64,000 nucleotides of DNA from a virus (IMGVR_UViG_3300042988_000374:64001-128000); one strand, 5' to 3'; positions 9,427-18,568 are shown, numbered from the stretch's first letter. Numbers and translations are program-made. The notes: generated by a model from the letters alone, not told the origin.

Positions 9427-11643
9427 ATGAAATTTACTGAATTTGAACCAAAAAAAGTAGAACAGTTAGATGAAGTCCGTATGGGCCCATCAGACTTAGA
9501 TAAGTTTGTTAATAGCGAAGACGCTACTGGCATTCAGGCAGGCTTTGAAGCGGAATTATGCTTCTCAAATCGTGCTGGTGACAATGACGATGGTGAAGTA
9601 GAAGAAGATTACAGCGAAGATGAGCGCGTATCTGATATCCGAGATATTTGCCGATTCTTCTCCAATAACGACTACAACAGCCGTCGTGATGTTGAAAATC
9701 TACGTGAAGAAATGTCAGAGACCTACTACGAATGGCGTGGCGAAAAGATGAGCGATGCTTGGATGGAAGTCGAAGAGTCTGAGGTAGAGTCTTATATCGA
9801 AAACAATGACTACACATTTGAAGATGAAGTCGAAGAATACCTGAGAGACGAGTTAGATTTAAGCGCAGAAAAAATTAAAGAAGTACTAGCAGTTGGTGAC
9901 ACCGTTCGACGTGCTCATAGTATTGCTGCTCGTACTGAATTAGAAAATAATGACCCACGAGTGACAGTTTACTTAGAAGCAGCTGATCATGCCTATGATG
10001 TATTAGCTGACCTTGTCAAAGATGCTATCAATAATCACGACCATAGCTATAGATCAGCTTATGAAGACTGGGAATCAGAACACGAGGACGATAGCGACTG
10101 GGATGAAGATCACTGGTTAGACTCTATCGGTGTTCACTATATGAGTGATGTGACATCACACTTTGGACACGTTACTTGGCCATACTACACATCTAGTAGC
10201 AGCGACGAGGGCGGCTTCAATGAGCACAGCGCAAATATGCTATCTGATAGTATGGCCTCCAAGTTAGGTGTACGTTCACGTGCTAGTTCTGGTTATCATT
10301 CGGCTACCAGATCACCTGGTCTTTGGATCATTGAACCAGATAGTAGTTTAGAAGCTAGTGATCCATATGATATGCCAGCAGAAATTATCTCTCCTCCAAT
10401 GCCGCTACAAGAATGCTTAGAAAAAATGAAGAGATTCTTTGAATGGGCCAAGAGTGAAAAAGCATATTCGAATGAGAGTACCGGTCTGCACGTAGGTGTA
10501 TCGCTACCACGTGTCGGTGGTAATGTTGACTATTTGAAGTTAGCACTGTTCTTAGGTGATCAACACGTGCTAGAAACATTCGGTCGCGAGTGTAACACTT
10601 ATACTCGTTCAGCGTATGAAAAGATTGCTGACCAAGTTAAAACTAATGGTGCAGATAATCGCGTGACTGACACACTTAAAGTGCTTCAACATGGTCTCAC
10701 TGAACTAGCTCAAAAGACACTCAAAACTAATGCTAATGGTTATGGTAAATATACCTCGATTAACCCCAAGGGCGAGTATATTGAATTTAGAAGCATGGGC
10801 AACAATTACATGGAGATGACAGATCAAGTAATTGAAATTGTCAAGCGTTATGCTTATGCCATGCACATTGCCAGTCGTCCAGAATTGCACAAGCAAGAGT
10901 ACTCTAAAAAGCTATACAAGTTGTTAAGTTCAGTTGACAAGAGCGCACCAGTAGATACTATCAAACTATTCTCTGCATTTAGCTCAGGCAGCTTAAATAA
11001 GACCACGCTTGTTAGTATGCTGCGTACCATTCATGCTTCACGCAAGCCAGCCCCTCCTAGTGGCCCTGGCACGTATGAAATGTATCGTATCAGTGATGGA
11101 CGGACAATGTCGGCTGGCGGCAAGGAAGTTCAGTTTAACGCAAACAGTGAAGAAGAAGCTCAGAGTATGATTGCTCATTATGCTCAAGAATACCATTTAG
11201 GTGCACCACAATTATTTGCTGTGCGTTCTGTAGTTAAGCCATCTGGTAAAGCATATCAGATATATCGGAATGACACTGGTAATACATTGACTAGCTTTTT
11301 TGCTGGCAGTGACAGAGAGGCAATTGCTATCATGAATAATCGCGTGGCTAGAATGGCACCAGAAACGCGAGCGCTGTTCTCTATTCGCGTAGAGGGCAGC
11401 AATACTGCACTAGCACACGGCGGTGGAGGTGAAGGTGCTGGTGTACAGGACAGTGATGGTGTTATCTATCGTGTTTATGATACTCGTGATGACTCCAGAA
11501 CTACAATCGGTAGATTCCGCGCTACTCCAGCTAATGCTCAGCGTAACTTCACTGCCTATACACAGGGCGTGACACCGCAATACAGACAGCATTTAGAGTA
11601 TGAAGTTGAAACTCAGAGAGTCGATCCAAATACAGTTGACTAA
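9427..11643 (+). CDS. COOH-NH2 ligase type 2 paralog D with C-terminal repeats
   Basis: Motifs AGFEAEL, WIIEPDSSL, EIISPPM, SNESTGLHVGVS, YIEFRS; three short YxxY..F repeats at the C-terminus. Confidence 0.85.
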   Translation: MKFTEFEPKKVEQLDEVRMGPSDLDKFVNSEDATGIQAGFEAELCFSNRAGDNDDGEVEEDYSEDERVSDIRDICRFFSNNDYNSRRDVENLREEMSETYYEWRGEKMSDAWMEVEESEVESYIENNDYTFEDEVEEYLRDELDLSAEKIKEVLAVGDTVRRAHSIAARTELENNDPRVTVYLEAADHAYDVLADLVKDAINNHDHSYRSAYEDWESEHEDDSDWDEDHWLDSIGVHYMSDVTSHFGHVTWPYYTSSSSDEGGFNEHSANMLSDSMASKLGVRSRASSGYHSATRSPGLWIIEPDSSLEASDPYDMPAEIISPPMPLQECLEKMKRFFEWAKSEKAYSNESTGLHVGVSLPRVGGNVDYLKLALFLGDQHVLETFGRECNTYTRSAYEKIADQVKTNGADNRVTDTLKVLQHGLTELAQKTLKTNANGYGKYTSINPKGEYIEFRSMGNNYMEMTDQVIEIVKRYAYAMHIASRPELHKQEYSKKLYKLLSSVDKSAPVDTIKLFSAFSSGSLNKTTLVSMLRTIHASRKPAPPSGPGTYEMYRISDGRTMSAGGKEVQFNANSEEEAQSMIAHYAQEYHLGAPQLFAVRSVVKPSGKAYQIYRNDTGNTLTSFFAGSDREAIAIMNNRVARMAPETRALFSIRVEGSNTALAHGGGGEGAGVQDSDGVIYRVYDTRDDSRTTIGRFRATPANAQRNFTAYTQGVTPQYRQHLEYEVETQRVDPNTVD

Positions 11644-11664
11644 ACTCTGAACCAGTGATATACT
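11636..11664 (+). promoter_or_regulatory. Sigma70-type promoter, probably leaderless
   Basis: TTGACT-N17-TATACT-N6-ATG(11671); no SD. Confidence 0.7.
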
Positions 11665-11670
11665 ACACAT

Positions 11671-11844
11671 ATGTCTAAAGCACCAGAGTTTAATTTTGAA
11701 GTTGTAACCCAAGAAGATCCAGAAACCGGCGAATTAATTTTGCCGATACCGGCTGAATTGCTGCGTGAGATGGGTTGGAGCGCGGGTGATGAATTATCTT
11801 TTGATCTGGATGACAAAGGACGATGGATTATCAGCAAAAAATGA
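11671..11844 (+). CDS. AbrB/MazE/SpoVT-like small DNA-binding protein (57 aa, missed by ORF track)
   Basis: Translated by hand: [57 protein letters not shown]; the LxLPIPxxL..xGWxxGDxL pattern. Confidence 0.7.
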   Translation: MSKAPEFNFEVVTQEDPETGELILPIPAELLREMGWSAGDELSFDLDDKGRWIISKK

Positions 11845-12215
11845 GTTATCTCTATCATTCACCACTATCAACAAATATCACAACAAGTGTATCAAGCGCT
11901 CAAAGTTACGTAACAGTATCTGGTTCAAATGGTACCAGTACCAACAACTCTGGTATTACTTCACCAAGTATCTATGTACATGGTAAATCAAAGTTTGACG
12001 ATGATGTAACAATCAACGGCAATTTAAAATTAAATGGAATTGATTTAGCTCAGTCACTGAAGCGAATCGAAGAACGACTCCTCTTGCTCACTCCAAATCT
12101 AAGTTTGGAATCTGAATGGGATGAGTTGCGTGAACTTGGCGAACGTTATCGTCAACTGGAACAAGATATGCTGGCAAAATTGGAGCTAGTAGAAATCTTA
12201 AAAAAGAGGTATTAA
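11841..12215 (+). CDS. Hypothetical protein (Ser/Thr-rich N-terminus, coiled-coil C-terminus)
   Basis: ORF; start moved to the ATGA overlap at 11841. Confidence 0.6.
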   Translation: MSYLYHSPLSTNITTSVSSAQSYVTVSGSNGTSTNNSGITSPSIYVHGKSKFDDDVTINGNLKLNGIDLAQSLKRIEERLLLLTPNLSLESEWDELRELGERYRQLEQDMLAKLELVEILKKRY

Positions 12216-12238
12216 CACACTATGAAAGCAATCAGCTA

Positions 12239-12457
12239 ATGGCTAAAGAAGATATCCTGACTATTGATGGTCAAATTATCGAGGTGCTACCTAACACCAT
12301 GTTCAGAGTAAAGCTACCAGACTTTGATGCGCCATTATTGGCCACGATAAGTGGACGGATGCGCAAAAATAACATCAAAGTATTACTTGGTGATACGGTT
12401 GAGGTGGAATTGTCACCATATGACCTATCTCGTGGTAGAATCTCCAGACGCAGATAA
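12239..12457 (+). CDS. infA: Translation initiation factor IF-1
   Basis: [20 protein letters not shown]...[32 protein letters not shown]. Confidence 0.95.
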   Translation: MAKEDILTIDGQIIEVLPNTMFRVKLPDFDAPLLATISGRMRKNNIKVLLGDTVEVELSPYDLSRGRISRRR

Positions 12458-12461
12458 GCTG

Positions 12462-12468
12462 ATAAATA
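12462..12468 (+). promoter_or_regulatory. T4-late-type promoter
   Basis: ATAAATA 21 nt before ATG 12490, with AGGA SD. Confidence 0.65.
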
Positions 12469-12489
12469 CATACAATAGGATAATATTGT

Positions 12490-12654
12490 ATGAAGATCAG
12501 TGAAGTATTAAACGCTCGGGTAGAAGCCTGGGGCTACGTGTATGATAGACGCGACACACGTGTGATGTGGCGCAGGGAATTCCCATCTGAAGAGGCGGCT
12601 CATGCATGGGCAGACTCTAAGAACGCTACTATCATGGGAATTAAAGCACTATGA
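12490..12654 (+). CDS. 54-aa tagged small protein (missed by ORF track)
   Basis: MKISEVLNARVEAWGYVYDRRDTRVMWRREFPSEEAAHAWADSKNATIMGIKAL; ATGA overlap with the next gene. Confidence 0.7.
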   Translation: MKISEVLNARVEAWGYVYDRRDTRVMWRREFPSEEAAHAWADSKNATIMGIKAL

Positions 12655-13385
12655 AGATTAATGAAGTGCTCGGTGGTCTCCGCAAGTATGAGTTTAATTT
12701 AGCTCTATTTGAGAGTGAGCTAGGACCAATCAATCTCAACAATATTAGTATTACTAAAAATCAACACGTCATTCATTATCTGATGCGTAATTATCCTGGA
12801 TCAGATCCGTTTGCCATATTCAACAATGCAATCGAAAGAAAAATCCATCAGATTGACGGCAGTGCCACAATTATGGAATCAGCGACATTGACTGACGCGC
12901 TTAATGATTACTTTGACAAGTTCAATCAATTTAATACCGGTATAAAGGTTAAACCGGGCGATAAACTAGTAGTGCTCGAATTAGACGCATTTATATTGCT
13001 AGGTAAATCCAACGTGACTTTAGAAGGCTCAATGGTACCACGCACGGTATACTCAGTTAGTGCGCACAATGTTCAATTTACAGATGGTTCCTCGTACCCA
13101 ACTCGTACTGCAAAAATGCCCATGCGCTGGCAGCAAGTTATATTCTTCAAGGACACTGAGGCAGCGCGGCAGTGCGTCACTCTATTTAGATTACTGGAGC
13201 AGCAATCTGGTGTTGTCAGGTTGTCAGTGGGAGTAGACGACACTCTAGAAGAGCACATTGTCAAAGTCAAAGGCGGATACGAACTCCGCTCTAAAAAGGG
13301 CAATAAAAATCTAGGTAAATATCCCACAAGAGCTGGTGCTGAAAAGCGAGAGCGACAAGTTCAATACTTTAAACATGCCAAATAA
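12651..13385 (+). CDS. Tagged modular head protein with the shared unnamed domain and a basic C-terminal module
   Basis: MKINEV start, QFTDGSSYP motif, LEE|HIVKVKGGYELRSKKGNKNLG tail. Confidence 0.6.
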   Translation: MKINEVLGGLRKYEFNLALFESELGPINLNNISITKNQHVIHYLMRNYPGSDPFAIFNNAIERKIHQIDGSATIMESATLTDALNDYFDKFNQFNTGIKVKPGDKLVVLELDAFILLGKSNVTLEGSMVPRTVYSVSAHNVQFTDGSSYPTRTAKMPMRWQQVIFFKDTEAARQCVTLFRLLEQQSGVVRLSVGVDDTLEEHIVKVKGGYELRSKKGNKNLGKYPTRAGAEKRERQVQYFKHAK

Positions 13386-13386
13386 G

Positions 13387-13411
13387 AAAAGGTCACCTAG
13401 AGTGACCTTTT
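13387..13411. terminator. Bidirectional rho-independent terminator
   Basis: AAAAGGTCAC-CTAGA-GTGACCTTTT between convergent genes. Confidence 0.85.
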
Positions 13412-13435
13412 TGTTTAACTAGCTATCTGAAATGC

Positions 13436-13858
13436 TTATTCGATAGTTGATTCCTCTGCTAGTGCAATTGCCAAGAGTTGTTCTGGCGTCATTTGTTTGC
13501 GTGACTGTAGGGAGTCGATAGACAACTTTACTTTAGGAGTCTTTGGTGTACGCTTCTGTTTAGGAGTACGGACAAAGAGTGCTTCGCTGATGAGTGCTTG
13601 GTCAGCTGGCGATTGGAAGTCTGGGTGCGCTTCGAGGAATTTAAGTGCTTCGAGTTTGAGCATAGGATATGGTAATTCAACCATGTCAACACGTTTTGGT
13701 GCTAGTGATAGACCAGTCGCAGTGTGATTAATCTTCTTGGGGTTACTCAGCATCTTAATCATTCGGATTAAATCGGTACCAAATCTCACCTTTTCAACAG
13801 TGATGTCGTTAGTTGAGTGAAGAGTTAAACCAGCTACTGTAAATAGTTTAGAAGTCAT
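13436..13858 (-). CDS. Hypothetical protein
   Basis: 140-aa ORF with AAGGA SD and an upstream TTGACT..TACAAT promoter. Confidence 0.6.
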   Translation of the reverse strand: MTSKLFTVAGLTLHSTNDITVEKVRFGTDLIRMIKMLSNPKKINHTATGLSLAPKRVDMVELPYPMLKLEALKFLEAHPDFQSPADQALISEALFVRTPKQKRTPKTPKVKLSIDSLQSRKQMTPEQLLAIALAEESTIE

Positions 13859-13961
13859 ATAGATTCCTTAAAAGTGCCCGGTGATTGATTAATAGTCGTC
13901 TAGATGCCGGGTCATCTGAACAACTAGAATTGTAACACAAAATGGTTTGGTTAGTCAATGC

Positions 13962-15041
13962 TTACTTAAATAAATTCGTTGGTTGTAACATGGCAGTCTT
14001 TAATCGGTCAAGGATCGCAAGACGCTCCAATTCAAATGGGATTCTTCCACTTTGAAGTGTCTCCAAATCATCCAGGATGCCGAAGGACGCGCCGATGTCA
14101 TGGATATTACAATCACTATGAATTAATGGCAAACAGTCGTGGTGAATCGATTCGATGAATCTATAGACACTAAAGCAATGTTTGTTGTATGATGGCAACA
14201 TATAAGTGAATCGACTCTCTTTAATCAGGTTCAAGTATTTGTCTGCGTCAACATGCGTATTGACATCCGTGTACTCGTTTTTAGTATATACATTTGTCTT
14301 GGCAAATTGAGAGGATAATCGGTCAATCTCACTGGGATAGTGTTCACGGCCACTCTCCTTCAATACGGTATATCCGAATGTGAAGTCGTGCTCTTTTTGT
14401 GAGTAGTCTTCTGGGAAAAGTGGATTAGTTGCGGCGTTTAACCAGCACTGTAAACTATCTAAGCGATGAGCACCATACTGTGGAATATCGTATCCGTGAT
14501 ACAAGAAGTAATTCTGATCTTTAATTGGAGCAACATCTGGATGGAATAAGTCGCAAGACATTTCATTAGGGTCGTATGCTAACTCATGAAGAGGAATTCC
14601 ATACTTGTTGTGCGCTTTGACCAGTGCTAGAATGTTTACTAAGTGTACTCCGCACGATTCAAACTTTAATTGTCCTCTGTCATGTGGGAACACGCCTACA
14701 CGGTTCTCTTTACGTCCTAAATTGCTTCGGTGTAGATCGAGTCCACCGATTATATAGAGTGCATCGTAGTCTTTTAGTGGCAGTACATTGATCGCATTGT
14801 AAACAGCCATCCAATCGCTCATCTCTTTAGCATCGTTTTTATAGAAGTTACCATAATGGTTGTGATATAAACCAATCGACAGCAATCCGTGCGTCTCGGC
14901 TCGCTTTTCTCCCTTGTCGCTATTGCTTGTGAGCATGTCCACCGTGTCATGTGTGTGCTTTAGAATAGTCAGATGCCGGCAGAGATTCTTGCCTTCGCGA
15001 CCATCAATTGCTCTTGTTGTATAGAATATACCTTTTGTCAT
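13962..15041 (-). CDS. GT-B glycosyltransferase resembling T4 DNA beta-glucosyltransferase
   Basis: DYDALYIIG, HDFTFGYTVLKESGRE and SRFTYML..CFSVYRFIESIHHDCLPLI parallel T4 BGT DYDRLIVV, LDVIYGGSFRSGQRE and LRVWETMASDAVMLI (recalled, not aligned computationally). Confidence 0.55.
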   Translation of the reverse strand: MTKGIFYTTRAIDGREGKNLCRHLTILKHTHDTVDMLTSNSDKGEKRAETHGLLSIGLYHNHYGNFYKNDAKEMSDWMAVYNAINVLPLKDYDALYIIGGLDLHRSNLGRKENRVGVFPHDRGQLKFESCGVHLVNILALVKAHNKYGIPLHELAYDPNEMSCDLFHPDVAPIKDQNYFLYHGYDIPQYGAHRLDSLQCWLNAATNPLFPEDYSQKEHDFTFGYTVLKESGREHYPSEIDRLSSQFAKTNVYTKNEYTDVNTHVDADKYLNLIKESRFTYMLPSYNKHCFSVYRFIESIHHDCLPLIHSDCNIHDIGASFGILDDLETLQSGRIPFELERLAILDRLKTAMLQPTNLFK

Positions 15042-15047
15042 AGAAGA

Positions 15048-15092
15048 AGTATAACAGACTTCGTGCTGGTTGTCAATAGTATTTGATAAATA
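15048..15092. promoter_or_regulatory. Back-to-back divergent promoters, both apparently leaderless
   Basis: Minus strand: TTGACA-N17-TATACT-N6-ATG(15041). Plus strand: ATAAATA(15086-92)-TCAT-ATG(15097). Confidence 0.7.
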
Positions 15093-15096
15093 TCAT

Positions 15097-16401
15097 ATGC
15101 GAATATACGAAATTTTAGGCGAAGGTCAACAAAGTTTATGGCAAGATGAAGTTTGGCCATCCGAAATTGGGCCAAGAAAAAAGTCCTACGATAAGCTCAA
15201 TGCGTTTAGAAAGTTCAAGAGTGGTCCAGATCAAGTGCCAGCGAGAGACTTCGGCGACGATGAAGTTCATATAGATAATGCGTCACCAAATAATCACATT
15301 CAATTTCAGAAACAGAATGCTCCTAGAACAGCAGCGACAACTACTAAGATACCAGACATCGCTATAAAAGGTAATGGAATGTTGAGGAAGACTCCTGAGG
15401 AGCAACAACAGCATTTGGACAGAGTTAGACAACTTTACAGCATCATTGGTACACAGGCGATTGAACACAACAAGCAACCTCTATATGCTTATTACGGTGA
15501 TGATACTTTTGGATGCTCAGTCAAAACTGATAACGGCATCAAAATAGGTACTGGGCCATTAAAGGGACCCACTGGCCAATTGGGCTATTTTTTCGACAAT
15601 ATACCAGAAGACGGCTTTGATGTCATTAAAGAAATGATGGTAGACGCCGGATATACCTTTTCAGCGTCGGCCCAAACAAAACTAAGATTCATACCACCGA
15701 CGCAAGATTTAACTAGTATAGCAGATGACTTCTGGAGCATTATTAATAGAGTTGAAGAGTTAGGTGCTGATTTTAAATCTAAGATTACGCCTGCTGGTGC
15801 ATCTTCTGGTGTCGGTAATGGAGCAGGCTCACTTATCACTGGTAAACAGGCACCGTATCAATACTACAAATGGTTAGCATCAAATATATACGAATCCGTC
15901 AAAAACAACACATCATGGGGATTTTCGCGCGGCGGTAGTGACAGTGGCGGCGCATACGATAGATACGATCATCACATCATCATTGGTATTACCAAGGGTG
16001 GATTAGAACAAAAAGCAGCAGGAAGAGAGCCATATCGAGAGCACATTGTACCGTGCGATTTAATTAATCGTATGGCCATTGATATATGTAAACGTAGTCC
16101 TAAGGGCAATGCCCATCGTAATCAAGTGATCATGGAAGTGGCAAAGATGATTCATCGCAATCTCGCAATCGTACTATGCTCATCTAACCCAGAATCTGGA
16201 CCAGACAGAGATAGAGCTAACGACGGTGACCGCGAAAAGATTGATTTTGATAATGGCTTAAAGACAACCATGCCACCTGGGTGGAAGGATGGGGACAGTA
16301 TACTGGCACGTTTTAGTTACTGTGACATACCAGTATACCGAAACATAAAGAATCACCCATCTAATGGTAAACGGTTAACTGAGACTGGTGATTGGGAATA
16401 A
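15097..16401 (+). CDS. Tagged head protein with a possible His-Me-finger (EHIVP) C-terminal domain
   Basis: Start MRIYEILGE|G; YREHIVPCD...NLAIVLC...MPPGWKDGDSILARF. Confidence 0.5.
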   Translation: MRIYEILGEGQQSLWQDEVWPSEIGPRKKSYDKLNAFRKFKSGPDQVPARDFGDDEVHIDNASPNNHIQFQKQNAPRTAATTTKIPDIAIKGNGMLRKTPEEQQQHLDRVRQLYSIIGTQAIEHNKQPLYAYYGDDTFGCSVKTDNGIKIGTGPLKGPTGQLGYFFDNIPEDGFDVIKEMMVDAGYTFSASAQTKLRFIPPTQDLTSIADDFWSIINRVEELGADFKSKITPAGASSGVGNGAGSLITGKQAPYQYYKWLASNIYESVKNNTSWGFSRGGSDSGGAYDRYDHHIIIGITKGGLEQKAAGREPYREHIVPCDLINRMAIDICKRSPKGNAHRNQVIMEVAKMIHRNLAIVLCSSNPESGPDRDRANDGDREKIDFDNGLKTTMPPGWKDGDSILARFSYCDIPVYRNIKNHPSNGKRLTETGDWE

Positions 16402-16402
16402 A

Positions 16403-17092
16403 TTACTTCCCGCTCAACTGCTTGATGCGCTGAAGTTCACCTTCACCAGATTGCTCCAATTCCTTTTTAACTTCACTCTTAGTAGCCGGATCTTTGATAC
16501 ATGTTAGGATGAATGGATATAAACTGGCAGCTGTGACATATCGTTGAATAGTTCGCATGTCGTGTGGCAATTTTAACAAAGAGGAAGGATTCTTGTCAAT
16601 CATTGCGTCAATCTCCTCATCACTCATGCGTCGGTATTGCTCCGTTGCAGCCTCTTCTTTTTCCTTGGTGCGAGAGTCTTCTTCAGCATCGCGCTGACGC
16701 TGAAGCTCCTCTTGACGAGTATATTCTTCCCTCTCGCTACGAACACGCGCACGAATGTCATCAAAGTGTTGCTTGATCTCTTTCTCTGGAATTCCAGAGG
16801 CGCTCGATGGCACACTCCATTTATCCACAAATCTCATGTATCCCAAGACGCTACCATCCTTCGCTTGTTGAGTTTCAAACTCTATAAAGTCGATTGGACT
16901 CACCGAATTACTAGTAGCATAAGTGATCGCCGCAGTCGGCGAATTGAATTCACTCATCCACATTCTTGTTCTTCCATCGTCGTGCATTTCTGAATCTACC
17001 GCCCAAGATTTAACTTGAGGATAGTTCTCACGTGCAAACTTTATGATCTTTGGAGGAGTGATTCTTTTATATGGTAGATAAGATTTGTTCAT
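16403..17092 (-). CDS. Hypothetical protein
   Basis: 229-aa ORF preceded by TATAAATA-GTTA-ATG. Confidence 0.6.
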   Translation of the reverse strand: MNKSYLPYKRITPPKIIKFARENYPQVKSWAVDSEMHDDGRTRMWMSEFNSPTAAITYATSNSVSPIDFIEFETQQAKDGSVLGYMRFVDKWSVPSSASGIPEKEIKQHFDDIRARVRSEREEYTRQEELQRQRDAEEDSRTKEKEEAATEQYRRMSDEEIDAMIDKNPSSLLKLPHDMRTIQRYVTAASLYPFILTCIKDPATKSEVKKELEQSGEGELQRIKQLSGK

Positions 17093-17096
17093 TAAC

Positions 17097-17104
17097 TATT
17101 TATA
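17097..17104 (-). promoter_or_regulatory. T4-late-type promoter, leaderless
   Basis: Perfect TATAAATA 4 nt before ATG 17092. Confidence 0.7.
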
Positions 17105-17293
17105 TCAACCACGCACAATCTGGCGTGAACCAGACCACGCTGGCACTTTAACTGCGCCAAAAGCAGTGAAGTCAAACTTTAATACTGGACTAGCAGATAC
17201 CCATGCGTTAGTAGTGAATCGCTTAGTGTCACCAGTGTGAATCAAACCAGTCTTAGTAGTTTTGATGGTGCCGCCAGTAGAAGATTTAGTCAT
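17105..17293 (-). CDS. Small hypothetical protein
   Basis: Start moved to MTKSSTGGTIKTTKTGLIH with GGAG SD. Confidence 0.55.
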   Translation of the reverse strand: MTKSSTGGTIKTTKTGLIHTGDTKRFTTNAWVSASPVLKFDFTAFGAVKVPAWSGSRQIVRG

Positions 17294-17351
17294 GATATAC
17301 TCCAAAATTGTTGAAGTCTGGAGTATATCACAACCAGCACACGCTGTCAAA

Positions 17352-17870
17352 TTAATGAAGGGTAGGCGGGGTCTTCATACGACTGATATCAAAAGCAGCG
17401 CGTACACTATCACCATCTTCACCAGTACCTTCGTCAAATTGCAAGCCGATTGCTGAGTCATCATGCTCAGTGCCTAGAGGAAAGAGACCAGTAGTGTCGT
17501 CATCTTCATCTTCGTCGTAAATGTCGTCGTGATACTGCATCCAGCAGATTTCCGCAACTTCTTGAAACTGCTCGTTGTAGAGAGTGCCATGAGCGTCGAT
17601 GTAAATACCATCAAACAAACCAGACATCACCACTAAGTCGATGCGTTCGAACAACTCACGCAGAGTTGGTGCACACAATTGAGATAGAAGCGTCAGACCA
17701 GTATTCTGTTCGTCTTCTTTTTGAGCAACGTTCTGATACAAGTTAAATTGAGCAGTGTACTCACCAGTGTGCCAGCGAGTAGCATCAATGATTAGCATTT
17801 CAAATTCAGCTAATTCTGCTACTGGCCATTTTTTAAATGTTTTGTCTTTTGATTTGTCTCGTTTTGACAT
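17352..17870 (-). CDS. Acidic hypothetical protein
   Basis: ORF with SD and an upstream TTGACA-N17-TACAAT. Confidence 0.6.
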   Translation of the reverse strand: MSKRDKSKDKTFKKWPVAELAEFEMLIIDATRWHTGEYTAQFNLYQNVAQKEDEQNTGLTLLSQLCAPTLRELFERIDLVVMSGLFDGIYIDAHGTLYNEQFQEVAEICWMQYHDDIYDEDEDDDTTGLFPLGTEHDDSAIGLQFDEGTGEDGDSVRAAFDISRMKTPPTLH

Positions 17871-17931
17871 CTGGATTCCTTAAGATTGATAAGCAGTCAT
17901 TGTAACAGAATCTAATGATAATGTCAAGTGG

Positions 17932-18222
17932 TTACTGTAACCACATTTTAATGAGTGCGATTGTGTCAATAGTGACTAATAGAGCATAGTTAGCTACCAT
18001 GCCAGTAGAATTGCGTGTCTTAGCGGCCCATGCAAAGATGGCACATTGCGCAATAAAGATTGGATATAAGATCAGGAATGGCGGTGTTGGTACTGTGAGC
18101 ATCATAGTGATACTACAACCGATTGACATGAACCATGCTGCAATCTCCAGAGCACAACGCACACGATTAGAGCGCCAGTCTTCTTTGATCCACTCAATGA
18201 TGTTGAATAATAGTTCGTTCAT
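17932..18222 (-). CDS. Small membrane protein (3 TM)
   Basis: Three hydrophobic segments; GGAGA SD. Confidence 0.65.
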   Translation of the reverse strand: MNELLFNIIEWIKEDWRSNRVRCALEIAAWFMSIGCSITMMLTVPTPPFLILYPIFIAQCAIFAWAAKTRNSTGMVANYALLVTIDTIALIKMWLQ

Positions 18223-18295
18223 GTTGTCTCCATTAAATAACCTCTGTATAGACAGTCTAAGACTGACCAGTGACAGAGGTTTGATTTAGAAGTGA

Positions 18296-18568
18296 TTACT
18301 TCTGGGTTGAACCTTGGTTCACGAATGCGTATAATTTCTCAGCAGTCTCAAGCACTTTGTCAATGCCTGGGAATTCTGGCATTGCTACAGTAGTAACGAT
18401 TTGATTAGTCTTTTCGTCACGTGTAGCAGTCATTTCCCAACCTGCGAATTTTACTTGATAATCTTGCATTACCACGTCTTTTGCCATATTAAGTACGTCA
18501 GCACGAATTTCGTAGCCGTTTTTATTTACTGTCATTGATGGCATTTTTGGTGTGTTAAATTTTGACAT
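18296..18568 (-). CDS. Hypothetical protein
   Basis: ORF with AGGAGA SD. Confidence 0.65.
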   Translation of the reverse strand: MSKFNTPKMPSMTVNKNGYEIRADVLNMAKDVVMQDYQVKFAGWEMTATRDEKTNQIVTTVAMPEFPGIDKVLETAEKLYAFVNQGSTQK

